Source: Ignicoccus pacificus DSM 13166 (GTDB lineage: Archaea; Thermoproteota; Thermoprotei_A; Sulfolobales; Ignicoccaceae). From it: DNA of 32,000 nucleotides. Shown in pieces: positions 1 through 8,580 of this stretch; positions within the stretch are counted from its first letter, which is position 1; the number at the start of each line of letters is the position of its first letter. A program made the position numbers and the translations under genes. The notes beneath the pieces were generated by a model. That model was given only the letters and a program-made list of their open reading frames with translations, was not told where the DNA came from and did not search any database. The stretch lies in contig CP006868.1 in the NCBI GenBank assembly GCA_025340205.1, positions 120,001-152,000 on the forward strand. Reading direction: 5' to 3'.

Positions 1-409
1 GAGCGCTATAGTTTACTTGATAGATTCCACGATACTTTCAAAAGAAGAGAATCAGTTAGATCCCTACGCCTTCGCCTCTTTAGCCGTCTTGGGAGCTAGC
101 CTAAAGATACGTTTCAGATTACCTCAAGTAAACGTAATCAACAAGGTAGACCTATTGAGCATGGAACAAAGGTTCCAGCTCGATGCTTGGTTGGAAGACA
201 TGAGATCCATAGCCTACAGCGTGGGCGGAGAGGAGGGAACGTTGACAATTAGATTAATTGAGGCAATAGAGGACAGTGGGGGGATCGGCGAAATGCTGGT
301 GAGCTCAGCGGTTACCGAAGAAGGACTTGATTCGTTATACGCGGCGCTTCAGCGTTCCTTTTATGGTGGTGAGGACTACGCAACAGAGGAGCCATCAGCG
401 AGGCTGTGA
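1..409 (+). CDS. GPN-loop GTPase (PAB0955-like), C-terminal part; the 5' end lies upstream of the window
   Basis: The frame is open from base 2 (SAIVYLIDST...). The NKVD motif in LPQVNVINKVDLL matches the NKxD G4 box. Overall it resembles the C-terminal half of archaeal GPN/XAB1-type GTPases. The stop is at 407-409. Confidence 0.7.
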   Translation, partial: SAIVYLIDSTILSKEENQLDPYAFASLAVLGASLKIRFRLPQVNVINKVDLLSMEQRFQLDAWLEDMRSIAYSVGGEEGTLTIRLIEAIEDSGGIGEMLVSSAVTEEGLDSLYAALQRSFYGGEDYATEEPSARL

Positions 410-412
410 AAA

Positions 413-1306
413 ATGAGCGAGGTAATGATTAGCTACAAGGAGTTAGAAAAGAAATTGGACGAAATAAATGCAAAAATGAAGGAGTTAAGGAAGAAGAGGA
501 AGGAACTAGTAGAGAGGGTTAGAAAGCTTAGAGAAGAGAGAAGAGCACTCATTGAAAGGAAGAAGAAGGAAGTGGAGAGAATAAGGGCCCTCAGAGAAGA
601 GAGAAGGGTGAAGGTCGAGGAGGTAAGGGGGCTAAGGGAAGAGAGGAGGAAGACCAGAGAAGAGCTGAAGAAGACGCTAGAGGAGATAAGGAAGCTCAAG
701 TCTACCGTCATGAACAGTAAGACGATAAGGTCTCTAGACGCCATAAAGAAAAGGATTCAATACTTGGAATGGAAGCAACAGACGAGTGTTCTAACAAGAG
801 AGGAGGAAGAGGAGCTGATAAGACAGATAGCTAGGTTGGAAGAGCTATTGGAGAAGGCACTGGAGGTGGAACAAGCTAGAAAGAGGTTGCTCGAACTAAG
901 GGCAGAGCTCGCCAAGTTGAGGATACTCCTAAACGATTACGATCAAATGATCCGTAAGAAGTCGTCGGAGATAAGTGAAATAGATGAGAGGATAAAGAAC
1001 GTCCAAGAAGTCATAGAAGAACTAAACAATAAGATAGATTCCCTCACTCCAAAGATCCAAGAACTTTCGGATGAGATAAGCAAGATAGATGAGGAGCTAG
1101 CTAGATTAGAGGAAGAGAAACAGAAGACGGCTGAGGAGTTAAAGAGACTCAACGAGCTAATGAAGAACAGCAAGGGTCTAAGACTCTTAGAGGAGCTCAG
1201 GAAGAGGGCACAGGAGAAGATGGCGAGGGGAGAGCCACTCACCTTCGAGGAGTTCAAAGCGTTGATGGGGGAGGGAATTGAGGAGGATCTTGGTGATATC
1301 GGTTGA
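413..1306 (+). CDS. Conserved archaeal-type coiled-coil protein (COG1340-like), function unknown
   Basis: 297 aa, extremely rich in E/K/R/L with heptad character. LREERR-type units are reiterated (KLREERR, ALREERR, GLREERR). It starts 3 nt after the GPN GTPase stop. The family assignment is from memory, not from a search. Confidence 0.7.
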   Translation: MSEVMISYKELEKKLDEINAKMKELRKKRKELVERVRKLREERRALIERKKKEVERIRALREERRVKVEEVRGLREERRKTREELKKTLEEIRKLKSTVMNSKTIRSLDAIKKRIQYLEWKQQTSVLTREEEEELIRQIARLEELLEKALEVEQARKRLLELRAELAKLRILLNDYDQMIRKKSSEISEIDERIKNVQEVIEELNNKIDSLTPKIQELSDEISKIDEELARLEEEKQKTAEELKRLNELMKNSKGLRLLEELRKRAQEKMARGEPLTFEEFKALMGEGIEEDLGDIG

Positions 1307-2387
1307 CGTCGATGATGATTTTGGTCGTGTTGGTATAAAGACTCCTATACTCGGTCGTGACAACGTAATTCAAGCCGCCGTGGAGTTCGGGATAAGGAAA
1401 CCGGAGGATTCAGACCTCAACGCTGCTTTCGCGGCAGTTCAGATAGCGGACTCCTTAAAGTCCAAAACAATGGATACCGAGGTAGCCATAGTAACCGGAA
1501 GTCCCAAGGGAGGAGTAGAGGCAGATATGGAAGTCAGGAGACAAGTACAAGAGGTTCTGAAGCAATACCCTGCGGATGGCATAGTAATTGTTACCGATGG
1601 ACCCGAAGACGAGAAGATAATCCCAATAATACAAGACCTAGCACCAATAATTTCTACCCGAAGAGTGATAGTCGAACAATCAAAAAACTTGGAGCAGACA
1701 TATATGCTATTTAGTAAGATGATAAGAAAAGCTATTGAGGAGGAGAGGTTCAGTAAGTATACATTAGGAATTCCCGGTTTAATGATCCTCGTGTTTAGCC
1801 TCTTGAGCTTGAGCGGCCTCGTAGCCTATACTATACCGATACTGAGCACCTTACTCGGACTCTTCATGGTAATAAAGGGGTTCGGTATAGATGAAGCGGT
1901 AAGTAATTGGTGGAAGAGTAACCCCATATCCTTGGCAGCTACCCTCATAAGTGCCACATCCTTCTTGATAGCGCTAGTCCTAGCTTACCTCACCGTGAAC
2001 CAGTACGGCGGAATAAACGTCCGCTCAGTTTCGGCACTGATAACCAACGCGCTGCCCTACTTCAGCATAAGCGTAGCAGTGTTAATAATAGCCAAGATGG
2101 TAGATAAGATAAAGGAGAAGGACGTAACTCTATGGAGGGACGCAGTAGTTCTGGCATCTCTAGCGGCGGCGACGGTAGTGCTGGTAAAAGTCGGATCCAT
2201 ATTAGCTTCCTTGCCGCCTAACGTGAGCTACGGTGAGATGGCTAGGAGGATACTGGAGAGTGATGTTCCGAGGACGCTAGTGTATGCAGTCCTAAGCGTG
2301 ATAGGCCTTGCCGGAGCTATGGTACTCATGGAAAGATGGGTCATTGAGAGGGAGGAGGATGAGCAGAGGCGCCCGGAGCAGGCTTGA
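1278..2387 (+). CDS. DUF373-family integral membrane protein
   Basis: The N-terminal soluble domain begins ILVISVDVDDDFGRVG, which resembles the DUF373 signature. It is followed by about 6 predicted TM helices. The TTG start at 1278 overlaps the coiled-coil gene; alternative starts are TTG 1290 and GTG 1293, just downstream of GAGGAGGAT. Confidence 0.65.
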   Translation: MRRILVISVDVDDDFGRVGIKTPILGRDNVIQAAVEFGIRKPEDSDLNAAFAAVQIADSLKSKTMDTEVAIVTGSPKGGVEADMEVRRQVQEVLKQYPADGIVIVTDGPEDEKIIPIIQDLAPIISTRRVIVEQSKNLEQTYMLFSKMIRKAIEEERFSKYTLGIPGLMILVFSLLSLSGLVAYTIPILSTLLGLFMVIKGFGIDEAVSNWWKSNPISLAATLISATSFLIALVLAYLTVNQYGGINVRSVSALITNALPYFSISVAVLIIAKMVDKIKEKDVTLWRDAVVLASLAAATVVLVKVGSILASLPPNVSYGEMARRILESDVPRTLVYAVLSVIGLAGAMVLMERWVIEREEDEQRRPEQA

Positions 2388-3261
2388 CGAGCTTGTAGGT
2401 GGCCTTAATTCCACATTCCTCCCATGCCCTTACCGAAGCCTCTCCGGCCTTTTCATCCCCTAGGATCATGACGCTGGGTCCAGCGCCAGAGATGGTAAAC
2501 GCTAAGGCGCCGGCCTTCTTGGCCTCTTCCTTAACCTTCTCATAGCAAGGAATTAATCTCGCTCTGGCTGGAGTTACCACGGGATCCATCTCGAGTCCTC
2601 TAGCCAACAATTCCATATCGTTGTTCAAGAAGCCGTTTACCACAGCTAAGGAACCCGCCACCATCTCGACTGCGTCCTTGAGGGCTATTTGGGCGGGTAG
2701 GACCTTCCTCGCTTCCCCCGTCTTCCCTTCTGGGACCTCATGCCAAGGGGTAGCTACTACGAACTTTACATTAGGCATTCCCAATTTTACAACCTTCAAA
2801 GGATTATACATCACCATAACTAAGCCTCCCAAGTAGGAGGCGGCCACGTTGTCTGCGTGAGCCGATCCGGTAGCGAACCTCTCTCCTTCAGCAGCTGCTT
2901 CAACAGCCTTGTCCCAAGGTAAGGATTGACCCAAGAGGAGTTCCACGGCCTTCACGGCAGCAGCTGCGGTGGCTCCGGAGGATCCCAATCCTCTTCCCGG
3001 AGGCACGCCCTTGTGAATCCATACCTCTAGTTCCATGTCCTCTCCCAAGAATTCAAGTGCCTTTTTTATTGCTGGAATAGCGTTGTTGTTCTCCTTTGGG
3101 ACATCAAAGGGTCCGGTTAGCTTCGTTACGGAGGTCTCCTTACCAGGCCTTACGCACACGATGTCGTAGTAAGCGTCGTGAGCTATCGCTAAGACGTCGT
3201 AGCCCGGTCCCAAGTTGGCGCTACTGGAAAACGCCCTTGCACAGACCCACACCCCAAGCAC
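2341..3261 (-). CDS. thrB: Homoserine kinase (GHMP kinase family)
   Basis: The N-terminal SSSANLGPGYDVLAIA matches the ThrB motif. The GHMP motif PPGRGLGSSGATAAAAV is present. Length is 306 aa. Confidence 0.85.
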   Translation of the reverse strand: MLGVWVCARAFSSSANLGPGYDVLAIAHDAYYDIVCVRPGKETSVTKLTGPFDVPKENNNAIPAIKKALEFLGEDMELEVWIHKGVPPGRGLGSSGATAAAAVKAVELLLGQSLPWDKAVEAAAEGERFATGSAHADNVAASYLGGLVMVMYNPLKVVKLGMPNVKFVVATPWHEVPEGKTGEARKVLPAQIALKDAVEMVAGSLAVVNGFLNNDMELLARGLEMDPVVTPARARLIPCYEKVKEEAKKAGALAFTISGAGPSVMILGDEKAGEASVRAWEECGIKATYKLVKPAPGASAHPPPSQ

Positions 3262-3277
3262 CGTTTCAAGGTGATTA

Positions 3278-3295
3278 AGGGTGTATATACACCCT
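3278..3295. promoter_or_regulatory. Perfect 18-bp palindrome AGGGTGTATATACACCCT containing a TATA element; probable thrB promoter/operator
   Basis: The palindrome was verified base by base. Its TATATA core is centred about 25 nt upstream of the thrB ATG (3261), which is the spacing expected for a leaderless archaeal mRNA. Confidence 0.4.
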
Positions 3296-3353
3296 GCGAC
3301 TCAGACAGCCACCGCTTCCCCATCCGGAAAATCGGGAGTGGTCGGGATGCTCT

Positions 3354-4616
3354 TCATCGCCGAACGAAGGGTACCGTCGCTTTCATTAAAGCTCTGAGCT
3401 TGTGTTCCGTCTCTTCCCACTCCCTTTCTGGAACGGAGTAGTAGACTATTCCGGCTCCAGCTTGGGCCCTTAGTCTACCATCCCTAGCGAAGAACGACCT
3501 TATGGTTATGGCGAACTCTGCATTGCCGGAATAATCAACGAACCCTACGGCTCCGGCATAAGGTCCTCTTTGATGTTTTTCCAAGGAGCCGATGATCTCC
3601 ATGGCAGATGGCTTCGGGGCACCGCTTACAGTGCCCGCGGGGAAGGTAGCCTTTAGCGCGTCCACGGCGTTGAACTGGGGATCTAACTCTGCCTCGACCT
3701 TACTCACTAAGTGCTGAACGTGGCTATACTTCTCGATAAACATGAACTCTGAAACCTTAACCGTACCGGGTAAAGCCACCTTACCCAGATCGTTCCTAGC
3801 CAAGTCCACTAACATCAAGTGTTCGGCCCTCTCCTTCTCGTCGCTCTTCAACTCCTCCTCCAGCCTTATGTCCTCCCATGGATCGGAGCCTCTAGGCCTA
3901 GTGCCCGCTATAGGAAAGGTCTCCAACCTCCCGTTCTCTACTCTATACAAGAGCTCCGGGCTAGCTCCTATAATTTCCCCAGACTTGAGCCTTAAGTGAA
4001 ACATGAAGGGGGAAGGATTTATCTTGGCCAATTCCTCGTAAAGCCTTCTCAAATCTCCTTTGTATTCGAAGGTGTAGGACTTAGAGATCACGACTTGTAT
4101 CGCTTCTCCCTCCTCCTCCAGCCTTCTAATTTCCTCTACCCATTCGATGAACTCCTTTCTATTGACGTCGAGCTTAGGCTCACTAAGAATTAGCTCACCA
4201 GATCTACCCGATTCAAGCTTCCTTTCCCCGCAGATCCTAGCGACGCCTAATATGTGGTCATAGATCACGAAGCTCTTAGGGACCACGAACTCTCCTCTAG
4301 GCCATCCCATGTCGTTAACTCCCTTGTGCTTAACGTCTTCCCAACTCTCCACGGCCTCATAGCTGACGTATCCAACGGGGCCACCCTTGTACAAAGTTCC
4401 GGTGTCCAAAGGACTGCCTCTGCTCAGTTCTTCTAAAGCAAGAGCTACATCATCCTTGATTATTACGTCGTGCTCTGGATCCCAGCCTACTATGCTTATC
4501 CTCGCCTTCCTCTCCGGTCCCTCCCTACTCTCTAATAGGAAGGAAGGTCCCTCCAGCGCGTTAAAGAGTTCCATGGGCTTCGGTATGGAAGATATCGGCA
4601 CCTTCTCGCACTTCAA
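3354..4616 (-). CDS. trpE: Anthranilate synthase component I family (TrpE/PabB chorismate-utilising enzyme)
   Basis: [22 protein letters not shown] lies near the N-terminus. The chorismate-binding C-terminal region includes [27 protein letters not shown] and [18 protein letters not shown]. At 420 aa it is similar in size to short crenarchaeal TrpE. The start is TTG at 4616; an alternative ATG is at 4574. Confidence 0.85.
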   Translation of the reverse strand: MKCEKVPISSIPKPMELFNALEGPSFLLESREGPERKARISIVGWDPEHDVIIKDDVALALEELSRGSPLDTGTLYKGGPVGYVSYEAVESWEDVKHKGVNDMGWPRGEFVVPKSFVIYDHILGVARICGERKLESGRSGELILSEPKLDVNRKEFIEWVEEIRRLEEEGEAIQVVISKSYTFEYKGDLRRLYEELAKINPSPFMFHLRLKSGEIIGASPELLYRVENGRLETFPIAGTRPRGSDPWEDIRLEEELKSDEKERAEHLMLVDLARNDLGKVALPGTVKVSEFMFIEKYSHVQHLVSKVEAELDPQFNAVDALKATFPAGTVSGAPKPSAMEIIGSLEKHQRGPYAGAVGFVDYSGNAEFAITIRSFFARDGRLRAQAGAGIVYYSVPEREWEETEHKLRALMKATVPFVRR

Positions 4617-4687
4617 CGTATTATGCCCTAGCCCTACTCGCGGATGGGAGACTTAACCTCTAGCGGACCAAGGCCTCATGAGATCGA

Positions 4688-4694
4688 ATATAAA
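4688..4694 (+). promoter_or_regulatory. TATA-like box (ATATAAA) upstream of the uL15 gene
   Basis: AATATAAAGG lies about 37 nt upstream of the ATG at 4728. This is the only AT-rich element in the 4617-4727 divergent intergenic region. Confidence 0.35.
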
Positions 4695-4727
4695 GGCTCC
4701 TCCGGTCCTCCACGGGGGTACTGAAAG

Positions 4728-5174
4728 ATGGTCGTCAGAAGGAGGAAGAAGAGCAGGAAGCTGAGGGGAAGGAGTAGGACCATGGGATGGGGTCAGATAG
4801 GTCAACACAGAAAGAGCGGTGCTAGAGGAGGATTCGGCAACGTCGGAATGCACAAGCACATGTGGACTTGGGTAACTGCTAAGAGCCCCGGTTACTTCGG
4901 CAAGTACGGATTCAAGCTACCTCCCGAGGACAGAGTAGAATTCGTGGAGATAAACGTCGACATGCTTGATGAGATCGCGAGGAAGACCGGTAGTAACACC
5001 ATAGATCTAGCCGCCATGGGCTACAACAAGCTGCTCGGTAGGGGAAGGGTCAAGGGAGCTTATACCGTAATAGTCGCTTACGCTAGTGAGAAGGCATTGA
5101 AGAAGGTCTATGAAGCCGGCGGCAAGGTGCTAACTCCTGACGGAGAGGAGCTGAAGCCTGAGGCAGCTTCCTAA
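4728..5174 (+). CDS. rpl15: 50S ribosomal protein uL15 (L15P)
   Basis: MVVRRRKKSRKLRGRSRTMGWGQIGQHRKSGARGG is the typical basic, glycine-rich uL15 N-terminus. Length is 148 aa. Confidence 0.9.
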   Translation: MVVRRRKKSRKLRGRSRTMGWGQIGQHRKSGARGGFGNVGMHKHMWTWVTAKSPGYFGKYGFKLPPEDRVEFVEINVDMLDEIARKTGSNTIDLAAMGYNKLLGRGRVKGAYTVIVAYASEKALKKVYEAGGKVLTPDGEELKPEAAS

Positions 5175-5234
5175 CGAACCTCATGAAGTTCTAAATGCCC
5201 TAGCACAGAGCCTTTCTTCTGGGTCACAGCCATC

Positions 5235-5528
5235 GTGTCTTCTATAATTAGAACGGTAACGGTGCTCGTCTCAAGCGTGTTCACGAACAATACAGTAAAG
5301 GAAGTAACTAAGACGGTATCTCCGTTGAACGCTACGGCGGTACAAATAGTAGAGAAAATAGTGAGCTACGTAACTCTAACGAAGACCTTGATCACCACGG
5401 TAACTAAGGAATGTACAGGAGTCTATAGTGCCATTCTGATAGTCTTCATACTCTTAGCACTTATAATATGGAGGACATGTAAGAAGAAGAACAAGAAGAT
5501 CCATGAGCCTTATCCTTCCTTGCTCTGA
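5235..5528 (+). CDS. Small Thr/Val-rich protein with a C-terminal TM anchor and basic tail (hypothetical)
   Basis: 97 aa with a GTG start. A T/V/I-rich segment carries NNT and NAT sequons. It is followed by a single hydrophobic helix (VYSAILIVFILLALIIW) and then RTCKKKNKK. Short motifs are shared with the C-terminus of the 16719-17495 protein (IRTVT, TVTK, IWR). It has no ATG start and overlaps the convergent gene by 19 nt. Confidence 0.4.
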   Translation: MSSIIRTVTVLVSSVFTNNTVKEVTKTVSPLNATAVQIVEKIVSYVTLTKTLITTVTKECTGVYSAILIVFILLALIIWRTCKKKNKKIHEPYPSLL

Positions 5529-6667
5529 GCCATCTCAAACCCCTCCTTCGCTCTCTTTAGCTGTGCTCCGACTACCTTCTCGAATATCTCGAAAGCTTCT
5601 TCGGGTGTGAGTTCCCTGGGCTTTGGCAACTTCTCTATCCATATGCTCTTATACATCTTATTCACTTTGCTCCCCTCTAAATCGTTGCCGTCTAAGCTCT
5701 TCTTTATCTTGTACATCTTCTTCCCGAGTATTGGACTGAACCTCCACATATGCATCTCTAGGAACTCCTCCCAGCTTATGCCATAGTCGTGTTTCTTGTA
5801 TGATGCTTTGATGGCACTCTCTATGAGACCCGGATCTTCCACAAGCTTCCAGTCCTCTTCTGTAAATTCATGTAGCGCTCTGTAGGGACAGAAGGCGCAA
5901 GCTACCCTAGGAAGTCCCATCAAGTAATCCGGGTGAACCAAATCAATTTCTCTAGTTACTTTGACGACATCTATGAGCGTTAACAAGTATATAGGCCTCA
6001 CTCGTGCTCCGTCGAAGGCCCTTAACTTTGAGGCCTTGAGCCTCTTAAACCTCTTCAGTGACTCCAACATCCTCTCTCCGTCAGCCCTAGCGTAACCCTT
6101 CATCTCCTTCAATACCTTCTTTATTGGTCTAACTTTCATGAACGTGCACCATCTGTTCCCCCGAAAAGGCATTCCCTTTTCCAACATGCTTTTCATTATA
6201 TCCTTATCGGCCTCGAGGGGTATCAGCTTGACTCCGAGCCTCTCCGCTGCCCTCTCGACGAAGTCCTTGTTTCTCTCGGGCTCTAGGTAAGAGACGTGGG
6301 AATAGAGCAAGGTGACGTCGGCTCCAGCGTCTACTAAGGCCTTGGCTGCGGCGACACTATCCTTTCCTCCCGAGAAGTTGAGGACGACCTTCAGTCCCTC
6401 CGGTATCTGGCTCCTAAGCCAGTTGGTGTAAGAACTCCAATTCCACGCGACGGAGGAGTAGGGCCATGAGATGTCCTCCACTAGCCTAGGGTAGTTCAGC
6501 ACCTCTCCATCGACTTCCAGCACCGGCCACTTCAAGTAATCGTTTATCTTAACGGCTTTCTCTGAGGTTATCCACATATAGTGATTGGAATTAATAACAG
6601 TGAAATCGGACGAGGAAATCAACCAAGCCTTAATCCTCCCCTTTTTGATGTAGGGATACCTTTCCAC
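5510..6667 (-). CDS. PAPS-reductase-like PP-loop ATP pyrophosphatase family protein
   Basis: The PP-loop NFSGGKDSVAAAK sits after an N-terminal domain of about 95 aa. A C-terminal Cys pair is present (CAFCPY). Length is 385 aa. The specific substrate cannot be determined from sequence alone. Confidence 0.7.
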   Translation of the reverse strand: MERYPYIKKGRIKAWLISSSDFTVINSNHYMWITSEKAVKINDYLKWPVLEVDGEVLNYPRLVEDISWPYSSVAWNWSSYTNWLRSQIPEGLKVVLNFSGGKDSVAAAKALVDAGADVTLLYSHVSYLEPERNKDFVERAAERLGVKLIPLEADKDIMKSMLEKGMPFRGNRWCTFMKVRPIKKVLKEMKGYARADGERMLESLKRFKRLKASKLRAFDGARVRPIYLLTLIDVVKVTREIDLVHPDYLMGLPRVACAFCPYRALHEFTEEDWKLVEDPGLIESAIKASYKKHDYGISWEEFLEMHMWRFSPILGKKMYKIKKSLDGNDLEGSKVNKMYKSIWIEKLPKPRELTPEEAFEIFEKVVGAQLKRAKEGFEMAQSKEG

Positions 6668-6723
6668 CCCGCAGTCCCTGCTCTTTTCAAGGCCTCCCCT
6701 TAAAGGTAGGGAGTGGTGTTCCC

Positions 6724-7482
6724 TTGGACCTCTACTACGGTACTTGTGGCTTCCCTCGATCTAAGAAAAAGCTAAGAGAAATGGTAAACGCCGTGGAAGT
6801 ACAGCAGACCTTCTACAAACCTCCTTCCTTGGAAACCTTGAGGAAGTGGAGAGAGGAACTTGGAGAGGAGATGAGGATACACTTGAAGGCTTGGCAACTG
6901 GTAACGCATCCTCCCACTTCCCCTACGTACAAGAGGGTGGGAATAAGGATCCCAAAGGAAAAGGTTGACAAGTACGGTTTCCTCAGGTTGACTGATGAAG
7001 TGAAAGAGGCGTGGATGAAGACTGTGGAGTGTGCTAAGGCCTTGAGAGGAGATTTCATCGTGGTTCAAACTCCACCTTCGTTTGGCTATAGCGAAGAGAA
7101 CGTTAGGAGAGCAAGGGAGTTCTTCAAATGGGCGAGGAAGAGTTGGGAGCGTATAGCATGGGAGCCTAGAGGCACTTGGAGAGAGCACCTAGATGCGGTC
7201 AAGAAGATAGTGGAGGAGACCGGGGTGATTCACGCAGTGGATCCTTTCCGCCTTTGGCCTCCACGGAGCGGCACCGAAATTCTCTATCTAAGGCTTCACG
7301 GGAGGGGTGGTAAGGAAGTAAACTACCGCTACAAATATACTGACGAGGACTTGAGGGAACTCGCTGAGATGATAATAAATGTAAAGCCTAATGAGGCACA
7401 TGTAATGTTCAATAATGTGTATATGCTTCAAGACGCTTTAAGGTTCAAGGAGTTATTTGATAAATTAGCAAGGGAGAACTAA
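6724..7482 (+). CDS. DUF72 (UPF0759) family protein
   Basis: YYGTCGFP....VEVQQTFYKPP at the N-terminus resembles the DUF72 signature (GTSGW...vEvnstFY). Length is 252 aa with a TTG start. Confidence 0.7.
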   Translation: MDLYYGTCGFPRSKKKLREMVNAVEVQQTFYKPPSLETLRKWREELGEEMRIHLKAWQLVTHPPTSPTYKRVGIRIPKEKVDKYGFLRLTDEVKEAWMKTVECAKALRGDFIVVQTPPSFGYSEENVRRAREFFKWARKSWERIAWEPRGTWREHLDAVKKIVEETGVIHAVDPFRLWPPRSGTEILYLRLHGRGGKEVNYRYKYTDEDLRELAEMIINVKPNEAHVMFNNVYMLQDALRFKELFDKLAREN

Positions 7483-8190
7483 GGTTCCTATTTCTTCACC
7501 TCTCAACGCTTTGATCACGTTATCGATCTTAGTACCGTCAAACACCCTAACGCTTACTTTCTTGGATATCCTCGAGAGCTCGTCGAGCTTCTTGTACATT
7601 CCTCCGGTTACGTCTATACCTTCACTCCCCTTTGCCTCAACTTCACACGCTCTCACGACCTTTAATGGTCCCTCACCTTCTTTGGGTGGCCAATGCTTGA
7701 AGATTCCAGGAACGTCTGTCGCCATCAGAATTCTGTCAGCCCTCAGCTTTCTAGCTAGCTCAACCGCTAACTCGTCACCGGAGACAACCCTACCCTCGGG
7801 GACTAGGTTTCCTTGGATTATTGGTATCCAACCAGCGTCTAGGGCGGCTACGAGAGGCTCTACTACTATCCCGCCGTTAACCCACAAGGAAGGTGTTGAG
7901 TGTGCCACGAAGGGCTCACCCATAAGCTCCACTACTCTTGCCGTCATCTTGAACATAGTGTTGACGACTTCCCATCCATGACTCCTAAGGTCTTTACATC
8001 CTTCAAGGATCTCCTTGACTTTCGGGTGTCCGTAACTACCGCCACCGTGGATTATTATCAAGTCCAGCGGATTTTCTTTTAGAAAGTTTCTCAAGGACTC
8101 TCCTAGCCGCTTAAGGTAATCTTCGTTCAAGCTATAGGGCACTTTCTTATTGCTAATTACACTACCTCCCAGCTTCAGTATAACTACCAT
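7465..8190 (-). CDS. Isopentenyl phosphate kinase (amino-acid kinase fold; archaeal mevalonate pathway)
   Basis: VVILKLGGSVISNKK and IIIHGGGSYGHP motifs are present. The ORF track starts at GTG 8202. I prefer ATG 8190, which is preceded by GGGAGGAACA. Confidence 0.8.
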   Translation of the reverse strand: MVVILKLGGSVISNKKVPYSLNEDYLKRLGESLRNFLKENPLDLIIIHGGGSYGHPKVKEILEGCKDLRSHGWEVVNTMFKMTARVVELMGEPFVAHSTPSLWVNGGIVVEPLVAALDAGWIPIIQGNLVPEGRVVSGDELAVELARKLRADRILMATDVPGIFKHWPPKEGEGPLKVVRACEVEAKGSEGIDVTGGMYKKLDELSRISKKVSVRVFDGTKIDNVIKALRGEEIGTLVLPC

Positions 8191-8352
8191 TGTTCCTCCC
8201 ACATCAGAGGTTTCATGAAGGTTTTTGTATGTGATAATACGCTTAGGATGAAGCGATGATAATACTTAGGTTCTACAAAAGAAGTACAAGAAAAGTATTG
8301 AGTGCTTGTGGTTGTACCGTGATCCGGACTAGAAAACACAGGGACCAAAAAA

Positions 8353-8580
8353 TTGCTCTTAGATGCTATAAAGAATCACCTAAGCTGGCATGTAATGGAA
8401 GAAGAGGAGGCCCTTAGGAGGGCCTTCCTCTGGGAGATAATAGAACTGAAGAGCTTGGGAAACCTCTACGTCATAAGGGCTAGGGGATGCGACCCGGAGA
8501 AGATCAAACTCTTCAAGGATGTCTTGAGAAAGATGGGATTCAAGAAGCTGAGTAAGAGAGTTGTCGTTTACTGCGAATGA
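8353..8580 (+). CDS. Small hypothetical protein (75 aa from TTG; 61 aa if ATG 8395 is used)
   Basis: This rests on the open frame only, with no recognisable motif. It overlaps the convergent priS 3' end by 41 nt. Confidence 0.3.
   Translation: MLLDAIKNHLSWHVMEEEEALRRAFLWEIIELKSLGNLYVIRARGCDPEKIKLFKDVLRKMGFKKLSKRVVVYCE

Noticed and set aside
433-1257. Two minus-strand ORFs (433-744 and 943-1257) encoding S/L/F-rich proteins
   Set aside because: They are the reverse complement of the E/K/R-rich coiled-coil gene. The low-complexity antisense frames stay open by composition alone, and I see no independent coding evidence.
2341-3261. The GHMP kinase might be pantoate kinase, the CoA-pathway partner of the PPS gene at 12620
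   Set aside because: The N-terminal SSANLGPGYD motif and overall pattern match homoserine kinase (ThrB), not the COG1829 pantoate kinase family. It is also 9 kb from the PPS gene.
8191-8352. A C/D-box sRNA in this gap and in the 17496-17632 gap
   Set aside because: Near-matches to a C box occur (GCGAUGAUAA; AAUGAUGGG). However, no correctly spaced D or D' box (CUGA) is present on either strand, so there is no support for an sRNA.
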